64,000 nucleotides of DNA from Clostridiales bacterium (GTDB lineage: Bacteria; Bacillota; Clostridia; Christensenellales; UBA1242). The notes below the pieces were generated by a model, which ran no database searches, was not told where the DNA came from, and saw nothing but the letters and a program-made list of their open reading frames with translations. The stretch lies in assembly GCA_015069395.1 (NCBI GenBank), contig SVIR01000001.1, positions 105,188-169,187 on the forward strand, written 5' to 3'. The position numbers and the translations under genes were made by a program. Of this stretch, positions 27,401-37,037 are shown one piece after another; positions within the stretch are counted from its first letter, which is position 1, and the number at the start of each line of letters is the position of its first letter.

Positions 27401-30400
27401 TGTTCAAAACTATGAGGATTTTGCAAATGTTTATGCTGTCTTTGAAGATAATGATTCGATTGAAAGTTTGACGCTTGGGGTGTTTATTAGAATTACTCAA
27501 TTGCCAGATGCAGAAAATGAAGGTGGAGACCTTTTTAACACAACAAAATTCTTATCAAAATTGCAAATGACAGATGATAAATATTTTGACAGCTCAAAAA
27601 TTGTTGTAAATCTTACAAAAGTGTTTGAAGAAGAAGACTTGATAAATTTGATTGGAAGTTATAAAGTTGAGTTTGCCCGTATTCAAGTTTCTATTCTGAA
27701 TGCTAAATTTACGATTTCTCATTGGACATCGAAAAATATAGATGGAAAAGATTTGATATTTAAGAGATTGCCAGAAGTAAAAGAGCTAAAAATTAAAAAT
27801 GGCAATTTGTCTTGGATTAGAAATGGAGAAACAACTTCAAAATTTTATGTATATTTCTCTGATGATGTAGAACTTTCAGAAAATTACGCGTACTTTGCTA
27901 CACAACATCAATTTTACGATGCTGCATCTTATCTTGGTGAAAATGATAGTTATTATGTGGCTGTTCAAAGCATTTCAGAAGATGTGTATTTATTGCCATC
28001 AAAAAGAACGTTTATAATTGATTTGGACGGGGTTGAAGTAAAAGTCACAAAAAACCAAATCAACAGCAAACTTGAGCTCAAAGATGGCAGAATGGTCTTT
28101 GATTGGTCTGTAGATAGTGAAATTTATAAATTGATTATGGCAGATGCCGATTTTGCAGAAACGGCAGATAGCTTGGCTAGTATGAGATTTTTATCGCCTT
28201 TCTCATTCACGATTAGAGAGTTGCTTGACAACAAACTTATGGTAAGATTTAAATTTACACCATTGTCACTTGGAAGTGAAGGAAATGCAAAACTTATTGA
28301 TGTAAATGCAAAATATTTGCTCGAAGATTTGTTTTTGCTAGACGGCAATATTCAATCTAGACTGGAAGCTATTTATAATGCGGCTCCAGCCACAAACGGA
28401 GTAAACCAACTTATCGCAAGATTTATAGAATTTATAAAAACAGGGACGCATGGAGTTGCGAATTCTTCAATATTGTTTGATCAATATTTTGAAGACTTGC
28501 AACTTGGTGCTTACAAACTTGAATATAGCCTGCTTGGAACAGAAAACAGTTTAAATTCAAAATGGTATACATATAGCAATTCAAATTCAGAAAATGCTTT
28601 CTATGTAAATGCAGAACCATATGTAAAAGCTATAAAAGAGCCAAGTCCAACAGATAAAGCAATAAATTCTTACAAAGTCTTGATTCAAAAGAGTGAAATT
28701 TACACATACGAAAGTGGAGAATATGCTACAACAATTGCAGAAAACTATGTGTTCAAACTTTCTGGAGAAGATGTCTTTGTGTTCCATATCTCAAAAGGGA
28801 TTGACAACTATTCTCTTAAACTTGTAGGCGACAATGATAATACAATAAGTGTTTATGAAACCAATGATAGAGGTGTTGTAACGGAAGGTGGAGATTATTT
28901 GATGTTCTTTATAAATTACAACAATGGAGATTCGATTTTGGGCGTTTATGGGGACGAACTCATAAAAACTACTTACAAGATGCAAGTCTATGCGGTAGGA
29001 AATAATATCTCTGCTTCAAGCAAATCAGAATTCTTTAACCTTGTGCTTTTGAGTTTCGGACAAAATATTAGAATAAATGACGGTGTATTCTCTTGGACAG
29101 CTCAAATCAATAGAACAACTAGTGTTATTTATAAGAGAGAACTCAACCAAGAGGAAGAGGAAACCACGGTTTCTGGAGACGGTGTCACATCAATCTTTGA
29201 TATGAACGATTTTGGTGCTGACAATTATCAATATTTGAAGTTTATTATGAAGGGAGAAGTTACTGGAAATAGAATTTATGTAGATAGCGAAATTTATCAA
29301 ATTGATTCAGTTTATAAACTCAATGCCCCAACTCTTAATACATCAATTGGCGAAATTGAAATAGACGATTCTAGCAATGAAGCTTGGCTTGCTAATTGTT
29401 TTGAAAGCTCGGGATCATTGTATAACTATATGATTTACAACAACGTTTCTTCAAAAGACCTTAACATCAAGTTTAGTGATACAGATTTGGATAGAAAGGT
29501 AAAATATCAAGCAGGTATTACAAATATAGATGATGATAGTTCTGAATTTGCTTATAAAGACACAGAAGTCAGGGCAAACACTTTCTACGTATCTTCATTG
29601 GGAACGACTGCAACATTCAAAGCTGAAAAAGATGCGAGTTTGTATTATCTTTATAAGTTGTATTGTATAGAAGATCCAGAGTTAGAAACTATTTCAACCA
29701 AAAAAGTTGCAGTAAGAAGCAACTTTGCAGAGCTTGATGCGCAAATGCTTGATACTCCTTCTGGATTGAAAATAGAAAATGGAATGTTGAAATGGCAAAA
29801 AGTTGAAAGCAGGTATGAAGAGGCAGGATTAAAAACTGTTCCTGAAACAGCAAAAACTGTTTATAAAGTTGCAATTGTACAATACAAGATTTCAGCAACA
29901 GAAAGAGGAGAATCTGATACAAATGTAGGAGATGTGTATTACTATTACACAACAAACCCTTATTTCGATTTTGAATTGATTACAGAGAGCCAAATTATTG
30001 AAACTGATTACCCTACTTATTTGAAAGCGACTGTTCAAGCAATGGCGTTGAATGTATCGACAAGTCCTTATGGTGGAAGTGTTTCTCTTATCGAAGGGGG
30101 GTATGCGTATGGTTTTGTAGATTATACAGACACTAATACAAAGATTTTGTTAAGCAATGGAGAAACATTTGATAAGATTGATAGATTGGCACCAGTTGAG
30201 AATGTGAAAGTTGAAAACGGATCAATCTGGTGGGAATATACAACAGATACAAGTGTTACTGAAGAGAATTTCTTTGAGTCTTACAACTTTATGGTAACAG
30301 ACGAAGATGGAAAAGAGATCGCTGGTCAATCTACAGTTACCATTATTGAACAAGGAGAAGAGATCAATAGATTTAGTGTAAGATTTATTGAAGTTGAAGG

Positions 30401-32504
30401 TTATATGCCAACAGGAAAGAATACTTTGATAGTTTATGCTAGTCAGGGTAGCAGAAATGTAGATTCGACAATTAAATCTTTTGGACGCGAAGTTGAAATA
30501 GACAAACTTGAAACAATTGAACCTAGTGACTTTATTTTGACAGCAAGTGAAACTTATGAAGTATTTGATTTGTCGAAATATTATTTAGATGGAAACACAA
30601 ATGTAGTCATTATGACGGCTACTTGGAAAGATGGATCGTCTAAGTCTATTACGTTCGGAAGTGAAGTTAACAAACTTTATATCGTAACAGAAGCGTCGTC
30701 TTTAGAATATCCAACAGACTTTGTTTATAACGACTATTTGATTATTGGCGAAGAAGATGTTGTAAGCGTTACATTCAAAGTTAAACCTTTGGTATACGAC
30801 AATATTACATTGGATAGTGACGAAAGTGAAAACTTGGTTTTCCAAAGAACTTCATTGAAAGATAGCAATATTGAATGGAATGAAGAGCTCCAACGTTTTG
30901 AATGGGATTATTTGGGTGTGAACGCATTTGAAACCTCTGTAAATGCAATTGCTGTAAGAGCAGCTGATGTTTTGATTGAAGATTCAGTTTTATACACTGA
31001 TCAAGACCTTGAAATCGCTTCAGAGATTACTTTAACAGCAGGCAGTGAGGTTTATGTTGAAGAAACATTATCTGGCGCTGCTAAGATTCTTTATTTGTCT
31101 CAATCATACTACATTGACAAATCAATCTTAGAAAGTCGTCTTCTTGAGGGTGAAGAGAGTCAACTTTCAGCAGGAACTCTTTATACAATAGTAGAAGAAA
31201 AAGGCGAGAAAACTATTATTGAAGCAAACGGACAAAAATTTATTGTTGATACGACAGAAATTGTTTTGCCAATTTATACAGTTGAAATCACTTACGGCGA
31301 AAGCGAAGACACTGCTATTACAAGAACTTATACAACAACATCAAACTATTTTGAACCTACTATTATTGGTGTTGTTAAACTTGCTTTGAGAGTAAAACTT
31401 GGCGAATCAAACTTACAATCTCAAAAAATTGTTTTGGAAGAAAACTTTACATTTGACCTCTTTGAACAAGGGGAAGGAACGGAAACAAATCCTTATGTAA
31501 TTACGAGTGCAACGCAATTTAAAAATATTGTACACAGAATGACTAAAGATGAGTCAAACAAAAAATATGTTTATGCTGGAGAAGAGATATCAGACAGCAA
31601 TCCGTATTATTTCTCAATTATGAATGATATTGATTTGGGTGAGTTTACAGGAATTTTGTTGCCAGGAACATTTGATGGAATCATTCTTGGAAACAACAGA
31701 ACTATCAGATATTCTTCAAAAGGTGTTGCGAAGCTGACAGACTCAATTACTGTTAGAGACGGAAACGTTCTGAGTGCCAGCAACCTTGAAAGACAAACGA
31801 CTTTTTCATATGGCACGAGTTTGTTTGAAGTGATATCAGAGAAATCAACAATTCAAGATTTGCAACTCGACATTTCATATGTGGATTCTGCATCTGCTGA
31901 AGCTGTCAAGATTGCTCAAAATTCCCTTTTGGCAGGTTTGACAATTACAAATCGTGGAAAGATTGATAAAGTTGACTTGGTTGGATTTAACAATATGTTT
32001 GTAGGGTATAAACTTGAAGGCGAAAGAATTATGATGGTTTATAGTGGAGTTGCATCAATAAACACAGGTTCGGTTGCAGTAATTTCAAATTGTGAAGCCC
32101 GCACAGATATTTACATTACAGATTTCTTAAAAATGCAAGTTATCTTTGTCAGTGCAATCACGTATACGAACTATGCAATTATTGAAAATTGTACAGTTGG
32201 AGAAGGTTATACAATTACTATTGACTGTCAAGCAAATGAAGATATCATTCAAGCGGCAGGAATAGCGATTACAAATACATCTTCTGCAAGTATTACCGGT
32301 TGTATAAACAATTATGACATTGAAGTCACGGCAGCTAATTCTGCTAGCGAAAACATTATTGTTGCTTTTGTGGGTGGAATTGTATCTTTGGGCACCGGAG
32401 AATTGTCAAGCAACGGAAACACTGGAGATTTGACGACCGAAAACATTGACGAAAGCAGAGTTTATATAGGTACGATTTATGCTACAAATCGTAGACCAAG
32501 CTAA
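21420..32504 (+). CDS. giant (3694 aa) surface lipoprotein with Ig/FN3-like repeats, an SH3b-like pair and a C-terminal GLUG-type beta-helix module
   Basis: Lipobox LTA-C at residue 23. Repeated (L/I)SW..V.GA..Y FN3-like units. GEGTETNPYVITSA..F...NDIDL..FDG...GN module near the C-terminus. Confidence 0.85.
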   Translation: MKKFKTLMLSMVALILGTFLTACTFKEAEANFSQEVVYLEEGKELKLDDYLSVKGIEKSEVSYEFSNPLLFDITGKTVKAKENQSGSSFVYATYKNNSLDSMQIVVRKDFAKPSGFSMSENGLISWTHSASFFENENSPTKASQYLVEGFYRAYSTDGTASVEPKNISETVNTNQYQIPEGQYGEYTLTVQALSVGNFDESEKSEEKTFYYGYMPKLEAERLSWTTDGMFSWDVSDLDSALVSRMSFKVKFDDLILENTHTTNSANLSTYFDNAKAGSHKLSIMIYDNQNKLIVRESEGLEVVKHEVPTVEYVEGLLKIVSTENVEEYKIYTSRVGQPQTIKNMGEDVYTALDSLACGLYTVEVVAYTKDGNFYQSDRKPLDKQIYKLDTVILNGVGGNEENGQSFKALAETDTSLVDVQFKILGLETTQVVDGFEAGEFTKEFSIAITEGGTYQVSAVLTAKNINNIVGEGNDVYVLNSIESEALEIVKVDAFEGNLVHKYDTSENFSEISFEKVNGATDYVVYFYNNENYEPVPENFYQVDLDNSKIVFTDKIEKLFAAQDSFKFKLVATTQNETLSINSAKEKEIDVLNPPETNNSGNSLDKTYSWAQVEGADAYRLEYAVLDKNTYEGGIGEIENPSLTIVNNIQTNSYAFSQNGYYYVRVYALSEDENVSISSVEYLEELFYLADKLVLGDIEFGYSEEYKNYSEFSQASGYFLKIEKVENIDEYQIELTNGNSSTYMQSDTAQESLFLLAEGFATEGVDVEISVVGMSTEDPVIFEDSDTKSLTIHLLKAIGYDDVEVVDLAQRSLTIKNREGSTGLFVKNIQTADTYTKNSGEDAVVNIASQSNIELEVELYGTERVGNIYQSTEKIYLPNKTNSLRFERIQMPKNLNYYNGNLVFEHTMSANVSYYIVDMYCLMADDTETKISIVLSSSSYLMGERLSENISIGTGSTFVETSASNITIKVSDLIEQFQSLIPDLIGQVVGVEFEVYGYQSRKDADKMILSTLPATIYGNDTETRERVEKISARTLTLSYDVSNYTLSWDEVVEIQDSSIAAQTQYEIYSVGSEGATLLKTISGATRFNLERSDYSTKTNYEFYIVATNPYYLQSGQSNAIRFYNLSALEKVTITNDGYISYQHPEMDYIEYIQYKIDGGSAQQDATGRIEIAGAGEYSLKAVGKQILDGETKIYYIDSQESIWTLAKMETIKPTSTELDYANNKITWDAFGVEKGLTTLSYLVMFKDENDSAVLYETKNCEVDFTTDTTLYNSFAALAEGDIDVSVYAVLKPYSTVAGQTVYYADAIDLLNGNSERNHFAYTSTNIKKLSTPVVESVEFLHNADLSDAQTPVIKVTFSGNFAVGDVYSVFINDQAAPVYSSTISEVGQQSFELAREIYNNGFASGQTMTIKIKVTGDTSLPSSTGRVDIIRATDLSKISFVKDKGFTQTLKVEIDPKDVNCLAGGIILKIDITSDKDYIIYKKVDFIGSENPYAEYQLSDIFETYLTDGGTIKVSGFVNNYANDTETKYYLASPNLVTGEQYAVLKSVQEAALTRQEGGFVIGTANNPSTTYVVSYGSENYDVSGNFYFEIPDAWTDGSYTLNIYAQEEGFVDSCKTEIVFNVSRIASVESVSMQRKNADDISEITLSWDAVSGATGYRLEMFKSGTDNLLFTANLGTETEYTLGEIFGDNYATLIESGFNELNFNSDYAVRFELVTIGNTSKNDSHIYDFEATFAGNNLLETLNLQDSISVDEYGFIQFNAIEGTKYIYRFVDNSGVELKQWEEIVAESEKVKVDASEIDEDILSANTLYNIEIIVLGTASTEGESSSADFNFKLDSLKATSHRKDLTFAINPSAVSVGYFVQLPSSLAFTMASNSFTKIYAGLSEDALEKGEVVEFVPEETEIPAGANQTVYSYSPLDLINLFDKAGFVLDPDTTTIDLYFWTYRETESIDSSYTNSRHYEFSFDYVPETTFEGVKKMGLNDGTNTNYDGLGYVQNYEDFANVYAVFEDNDSIESLTLGVFIRITQLPDAENEGGDLFNTTKFLSKLQMTDDKYFDSSKIVVNLTKVFEEEDLINLIGSYKVEFARIQVSILNAKFTISHWTSKNIDGKDLIFKRLPEVKELKIKNGNLSWIRNGETTSKFYVYFSDDVELSENYAYFATQHQFYDAASYLGENDSYYVAVQSISEDVYLLPSKRTFIIDLDGVEVKVTKNQINSKLELKDGRMVFDWSVDSEIYKLIMADADFAETADSLASMRFLSPFSFTIRELLDNKLMVRFKFTPLSLGSEGNAKLIDVNAKYLLEDLFLLDGNIQSRLEAIYNAAPATNGVNQLIARFIEFIKTGTHGVANSSILFDQYFEDLQLGAYKLEYSLLGTENSLNSKWYTYSNSNSENAFYVNAEPYVKAIKEPSPTDKAINSYKVLIQKSEIYTYESGEYATTIAENYVFKLSGEDVFVFHISKGIDNYSLKLVGDNDNTISVYETNDRGVVTEGGDYLMFFINYNNGDSILGVYGDELIKTTYKMQVYAVGNNISASSKSEFFNLVLLSFGQNIRINDGVFSWTAQINRTTSVIYKRELNQEEEETTVSGDGVTSIFDMNDFGADNYQYLKFIMKGEVTGNRIYVDSEIYQIDSVYKLNAPTLNTSIGEIEIDDSSNEAWLANCFESSGSLYNYMIYNNVSSKDLNIKFSDTDLDRKVKYQAGITNIDDDSSEFAYKDTEVRANTFYVSSLGTTATFKAEKDASLYYLYKLYCIEDPELETISTKKVAVRSNFAELDAQMLDTPSGLKIENGMLKWQKVESRYEEAGLKTVPETAKTVYKVAIVQYKISATERGESDTNVGDVYYYYTTNPYFDFELITESQIIETDYPTYLKATVQAMALNVSTSPYGGSVSLIEGGYAYGFVDYTDTNTKILLSNGETFDKIDRLAPVENVKVENGSIWWEYTTDTSVTEENFFESYNFMVTDEDGKEIAGQSTVTIIEQGEEINRFSVRFIEVEGYMPTGKNTLIVYASQGSRNVDSTIKSFGREVEIDKLETIEPSDFILTASETYEVFDLSKYYLDGNTNVVIMTATWKDGSSKSITFGSEVNKLYIVTEASSLEYPTDFVYNDYLIIGEEDVVSVTFKVKPLVYDNITLDSDESENLVFQRTSLKDSNIEWNEELQRFEWDYLGVNAFETSVNAIAVRAADVLIEDSVLYTDQDLEIASEITLTAGSEVYVEETLSGAAKILYLSQSYYIDKSILESRLLEGEESQLSAGTLYTIVEEKGEKTIIEANGQKFIVDTTEIVLPIYTVEITYGESEDTAITRTYTTTSNYFEPTIIGVVKLALRVKLGESNLQSQKIVLEENFTFDLFEQGEGTETNPYVITSATQFKNIVHRMTKDESNKKYVYAGEEISDSNPYYFSIMNDIDLGEFTGILLPGTFDGIILGNNRTIRYSSKGVAKLTDSITVRDGNVLSASNLERQTTFSYGTSLFEVISEKSTIQDLQLDISYVDSASAEAVKIAQNSLLAGLTITNRGKIDKVDLVGFNNMFVGYKLEGERIMMVYSGVASINTGSVAVISNCEARTDIYITDFLKMQVIFVSAITYTNYAIIENCTVGEGYTITIDCQANEDIIQAAGIAITNTSSASITGCINNYDIEVTAANSASENIIVAFVGGIVSLGTGELSSNGNTGDLTTENIDESRVYIGTIYATNRRPS

Positions 32505-32568
32505 ACTGTATGAAAAAAAAGTTTTTCTAAGGGTTATTTTTAGACAAGAAAAAGAGTATAAATAGAAT

Positions 32569-33399
32569 GTGAAAAAATCTATTTATATTCTTTTTTTATT
32601 TCTATGTGTAGGCTTGAGTTTTGCCTTTGCTCCTAGCGCAGAAAACATATTTGAAAAAAATGCTTTTCGTATAGTTAAGCAGGTTAATTCGCAAGGCAAT
32701 ATTGCGTTGACGTATGTATTTCCGTTGAACACACAAGAGTTTAAAAAACTTGGTTTGAAAGAAGAGAATTTCTTAGTTTATAAATTTTATTTAACGTCGT
32801 ATGTAAACGCACTTGCAAACAACAACAAACAAAAAGAAACAGAAGGTGCAAGCGTAGGAGACTGTGTATATTTTTCTGATTTAGATGGACTTGGATTTAC
32901 AACAATATTTGAAGATTTACAGGCTCAAAAAAGATTTTTTGGTGTAACAGACAATGAAGGAGAGTCTTCTTCGGATTATAATTTTAGTGGTTTTTTTATT
33001 AAGACAACAAAAATAGAAACCACCTTTCCGATAGGCTCGCAAGACAATGCAGACAACTTTAAAAGTGTTTGTCAGCTAGCCCTTGATGGATTGATAAAAA
33101 ATGTTGACATAGACAAATCGACTCAAGACAAATTGAAAGAAGTCCTAAATTCTTCCGTATTTATTTATGACTTTGCAACTCAGTCTTCTGCTTTAAAATC
33201 AGAACTGTCTTATGAAGACGAATATTTTTATCACAATGTTTTTATAAAAACTTATGAAGATTTGGCGAAAGACAACAAAATTGTGTTTTGGCAAACTTAT
33301 CCAAACAAACCAGTTTGGTATTTGACGGCATTGGGAGTCGTGCTTATTTGTATGACTATTGCCTTGTTGGTTATTAAAAAGAAAAATAAAAAAATCTAA
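32569..33399 (+). CDS. exported protein with C-terminal TM anchor
   Basis: N-terminal signal peptide (SFAFA) and C-terminal WYLTALGVVLICMTIALLVI followed by KKKNKK. Confidence 0.75.
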   Translation: MKKSIYILFLFLCVGLSFAFAPSAENIFEKNAFRIVKQVNSQGNIALTYVFPLNTQEFKKLGLKEENFLVYKFYLTSYVNALANNNKQKETEGASVGDCVYFSDLDGLGFTTIFEDLQAQKRFFGVTDNEGESSSDYNFSGFFIKTTKIETTFPIGSQDNADNFKSVCQLALDGLIKNVDIDKSTQDKLKEVLNSSVFIYDFATQSSALKSELSYEDEYFYHNVFIKTYEDLAKDNKIVFWQTYPNKPVWYLTALGVVLICMTIALLVIKKKNKKI

Positions 33400-33473
33400 A
33401 AAATGTCTCTAGTTGTATTGTTTTTTCGCAAGAAAAATGTTATACTACTTAAGTTAAAAAAGGAATTTAAGTT

Positions 33474-35306
33474 ATGGAAAACAATATGATTAGAAACGTA
33501 GCGATTATTGCACACGTTGACCACGGCAAGACTTCGTTGGTTAACGAACTTTTAAAACAGGGAAATGTATTCAGAGATAATCAAGTAGTAGAAGACAGGG
33601 TTATGGATAGCAATGCTCTTGAAAAAGAAAGAGGGATTACAATCTTGTCAAAAAATACTGCTTGCTTTTATGATGGAGTAAAGATCAATGTCATTGACAC
33701 ACCAGGACACGCAGACTTTGGTGGTGAAGTAGAAAGAGTTTTAAAAATGGTTGATGGTGTTTTGCTTGTGGTCGATGCTTATGAAGGCCCTATGCCTCAA
33801 ACAAGATTCGTTCTTGAAAAAGCATTGTCTTTGAAGCTTAAAGTTGTGGTAGTTATCAACAAAATTGATAGACCTGATGCAAGAATCAAAGAAGTTATTG
33901 ACGAAGTTTTAGAATTGTTCTTGGAGCTTGATGCTGACGACGATCAACTCAATTCTCCGTTTGTTTTTGCTTCTGCAAGACAAGGGATCGCATCAAAAGA
34001 TGCTGACGTGTTAGGCGTAGACATGAAACCTCTTTTTGAAACAATAATTAGCCATATTCCAGCGCCACAAGGAGAGCCAAGTGAGCCTTTAAAAATGTTG
34101 GTTTCTTCTGCTGAGCATAATGATTATGTTGGAAAGCTTGCAGTTGGAAAAATTGAGAGAGGACAAATAAAAGTTGGTCAGAGTGTTGTTGTTTGCAACT
34201 ATCACGATCAAGCAAAAAAGAAAAAGTCTAAAATCGTAAGTTTGTATGTTTATGAGGGATTGAAAAGGGTTCCTGTTGAATCGGCACAAAGTGGTGAAAT
34301 CGTTTGTGTGGCAGGTCTTGAAGATGTGACAATCGGAGATACTATTTGTGACGACTCTTGTGTAGAAGCTGTTGAATTTGTAAAAATTGCAGAACCGTCA
34401 GTTGAAATGACATTTATGGTAAACGATAGTCCTTTTGCAGGAAAAGAAGGAAAGTTTGTAACATCTCGCCATCTTAGAGATAGGTTGTATAAAGAAGCTG
34501 TTAAAGATTTGTCTTTGAAAGTTGAAGATGGAGATACTGCTGAAAAATTTAAAGTAAGTGGAAGGGGGGAAATGCACCTTTCAATCCTTATTGAAAATAT
34601 GCGTAGAGATGGTTATGAATTTCAAGTTTCTCAACCAAAAGTTTTGATTAAAGAAATTGGTGGTGTAAAGTGTGAACCTGTTGATAGGCTTTATCTTGAC
34701 GTCCCAGAAGACTGTGTAGGAACAGTTATGAACAAGATGGGGGTTAGAAAAGGCGATTTGCAAAATATGACACCACATGGTTCTAGAATGAGAATGGAAT
34801 TTTTGATTCCTTCAAGAGGGTTGTTTGGGTTTAAATCAGAGTTTTTGACAGACACGAGAGGAGAAGGGATTGTTAATTCAATCTTCTTTGAATATCAGCC
34901 ATATAAAGGTGAAATCAATAGAAGAGACTTCGGCTCTTTGATTGCTCACGAAGAAGGCCCAGCGATTGTTTATGGACTTTTTAACGCTCAAGAAAGAGGC
35001 GAATTGTTCATTGGACCAGGAGTTCCTGTTTATGCTGGAATGGTGGTCGGTATCAATCCAAAGGGTGACGATATTGTTGTAAATGTTTGCAAGAAAAAAC
35101 ATCTTTCAAACTGTCGTGCTTCAGGTTCTGACGATGCTTTGAGATTGACTCCTCCAAGAATTATGTCTTTGGAAGACTGTATAGAATTTTTGGGCGACGA
35201 CGAATATTTGGAAGTTACTCCAAAATCTATTAGGATTAGAAAAATTATTCTTGATGCGACAATGCGTATGAGAGAACGTGGAAAGATTATGAGGGGCGAA
35301 ATTTAA
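33474..35306 (+). CDS. typA: translational GTPase TypA/BipA
   Basis: [49 protein letters not shown] and [11 protein letters not shown]. Confidence 0.98.
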   Translation: MENNMIRNVAIIAHVDHGKTSLVNELLKQGNVFRDNQVVEDRVMDSNALEKERGITILSKNTACFYDGVKINVIDTPGHADFGGEVERVLKMVDGVLLVVDAYEGPMPQTRFVLEKALSLKLKVVVVINKIDRPDARIKEVIDEVLELFLELDADDDQLNSPFVFASARQGIASKDADVLGVDMKPLFETIISHIPAPQGEPSEPLKMLVSSAEHNDYVGKLAVGKIERGQIKVGQSVVVCNYHDQAKKKKSKIVSLYVYEGLKRVPVESAQSGEIVCVAGLEDVTIGDTICDDSCVEAVEFVKIAEPSVEMTFMVNDSPFAGKEGKFVTSRHLRDRLYKEAVKDLSLKVEDGDTAEKFKVSGRGEMHLSILIENMRRDGYEFQVSQPKVLIKEIGGVKCEPVDRLYLDVPEDCVGTVMNKMGVRKGDLQNMTPHGSRMRMEFLIPSRGLFGFKSEFLTDTRGEGIVNSIFFEYQPYKGEINRRDFGSLIAHEEGPAIVYGLFNAQERGELFIGPGVPVYAGMVVGINPKGDDIVVNVCKKKHLSNCRASGSDDALRLTPPRIMSLEDCIEFLGDDEYLEVTPKSIRIRKIILDATMRMRERGKIMRGEI

Positions 35307-35310
35307 TCAT

Positions 35311-35341
35311 AAAATGCAAAACTTTGTTTTTGCATTTTTTT
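35311..35341 (+). terminator. terminator after typA
   Basis: aaaatgcaaaa-cttt-gtttttgcatttt followed by a T-run. Confidence 0.7.
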
Positions 35342-35410
35342 GACGTTAAAATTCTATTAAAATTGACATATTAAAAAAATATTGTTATACTAAAAAGACT
35401 TAGAGGTGTT

Positions 35411-35662
35411 ATGAAAACTAGCGAAAAACAAGAGCTTAAAAGAAAAATAAAAATATTGGGGCTATTTTTAGGAATAGTATTTGTTCCGGCGCTTGTTATT
35501 TGCACCCTTTTGGCAGTGGCAAAAGTTCCACAATGGCTAAATATTTTGGTTATGGTAGTAATTCTTTTTATTTTGTTCTTCCTTTTTGCTTGGGTATGTG
35601 ATAAAATAGAAAAGAAAAAGACAGAAAGAAAAAGCAAGAAAAAAGACCCTTTTTCAGATTAG
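35411..35662 (+). CDS. small two-TM membrane protein
   Basis: Two hydrophobic helices and a basic tail ending DPFSD. GAGGTG SD. TTGACA-17-TATACT promoter upstream. Confidence 0.75.
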   Translation: MKTSEKQELKRKIKILGLFLGIVFVPALVICTLLAVAKVPQWLNILVMVVILFILFFLFAWVCDKIEKKKTERKSKKKDPFSD

Positions 35663-35674
35663 AGGAGAATATAT

Positions 35675-37027
35675 ATGGCAGATTACAAAGTTTTACCAAA
35701 TAGTCTAGAAGCAGAACAGGCGTTGCTCGGTTGTGTTTTGCTTGACAATGATGCTCAAATGGATATCTTTGCAAAAATCAATCCAAACGATTTTTATTCT
35801 GAATCTCATAAAAACATTTATGAAAGTATGTTGAAAATTTACAACAAGAGCATACCTGTTGATTTTGTTACGCTTACAAACCAACTTGAAGTTGATAAAA
35901 AACTCGAAACTGTCGGAGGAATTGATTATATCACCTTCTTGACAAACATTGTTCCATCAGCAGCAAACTTTCAACACTATATGGATATAGTAAAAAACAA
36001 TTCAGTTCGTAGACATTTGATTTCTGAAGCACAAGAAATTGTGAAGTCTGCTTTTGATTGCGAAGACGGAAGCCAAGCGATGCAGGTCGCAGAAAAGAAA
36101 ATTTTTGACTTGTCTCAAAAAGAAACCTCTTCTGATTTGGAACATGTAGGAAAGCCAGGAGGAACTCTTACAAATGTTTTGAAACAAATTTCTGAGCTCG
36201 CTGAAAACAAAGGTAAGATGCGTGGTATTGAAACGTATTACAAAGACTTTGATGCTATCACAAATGGTTTGCAAAAAAGCGATTTGATTTTGCTTGCAGC
36301 AAGACCTGGTGTTGGTAAAACTTCTTTTGCATTAAATATTGCTGTAAACGCAGCTGTTTATGCCGGCAAAAAGGTTGCCATTTTTGACCTTGAAATGTCA
36401 AAAGAACAACTTATGCAAAGAGCGCTTTCTTCTTTGGCAAAAGTAAATCTTGGACACATCTTGAAAGGTGATATGGATTCTGAAGAATGGAAGAGGGTTT
36501 GGACGGCCGAAAAGAAATTGGCGCAAAGTGGAATTTATGTTGACGACTCCTCTATGATTACTCCTTTTGAAATTATTTCAAAATGTAGAAAATTGAAAAT
36601 GACAGAAGGGCTTGATTTGATAGTAATTGACTATTTGCAATTAATGACAATGGGGAAAGCAAACAGAGAGTCAAGAACTCAAGAAGTAAGTGATTTGACT
36701 AGAACTCTTAAAATTGCGGCAAGAGAATTGAATGTTCCAATCATAGTGCTTTCTCAGTTATCTCGTGCTGTTGAAACTCGTGAAGATCACAGACCTGTGC
36801 TTTCAGACTTGAGAGAATCAGGTTCTATTGAGCAAGACGCTGATATTGTTTTGTTTATTTACAATCCAGAAAAATACAACGACCCAAATATAGAAGATGC
36901 TCCAGGTACTGTTTACCTTATGATAGCAAAGCATAGAAGTGGAAGCACCGGAGAGGTTAAGCTTAAGTGGGTTGGAGAATATACAACATTCTTGAATTAT
37001 GACGAAAAAATTCAAATCGAAGAATAG
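35675..37027 (+). CDS. dnaB: replicative DNA helicase
   Basis: P.SLEAEQALLG, LAARPGVGKT, IDYLQLM, LSQLSR and SDLRESGSIEQDAD. Confidence 0.98.
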   Translation: MADYKVLPNSLEAEQALLGCVLLDNDAQMDIFAKINPNDFYSESHKNIYESMLKIYNKSIPVDFVTLTNQLEVDKKLETVGGIDYITFLTNIVPSAANFQHYMDIVKNNSVRRHLISEAQEIVKSAFDCEDGSQAMQVAEKKIFDLSQKETSSDLEHVGKPGGTLTNVLKQISELAENKGKMRGIETYYKDFDAITNGLQKSDLILLAARPGVGKTSFALNIAVNAAVYAGKKVAIFDLEMSKEQLMQRALSSLAKVNLGHILKGDMDSEEWKRVWTAEKKLAQSGIYVDDSSMITPFEIISKCRKLKMTEGLDLIVIDYLQLMTMGKANRESRTQEVSDLTRTLKIAARELNVPIIVLSQLSRAVETREDHRPVLSDLRESGSIEQDADIVLFIYNPEKYNDPNIEDAPGTVYLMIAKHRSGSTGEVKLKWVGEYTTFLNYDEKIQIEE

Positions 37028-37037
37028 GGGATAAAAT

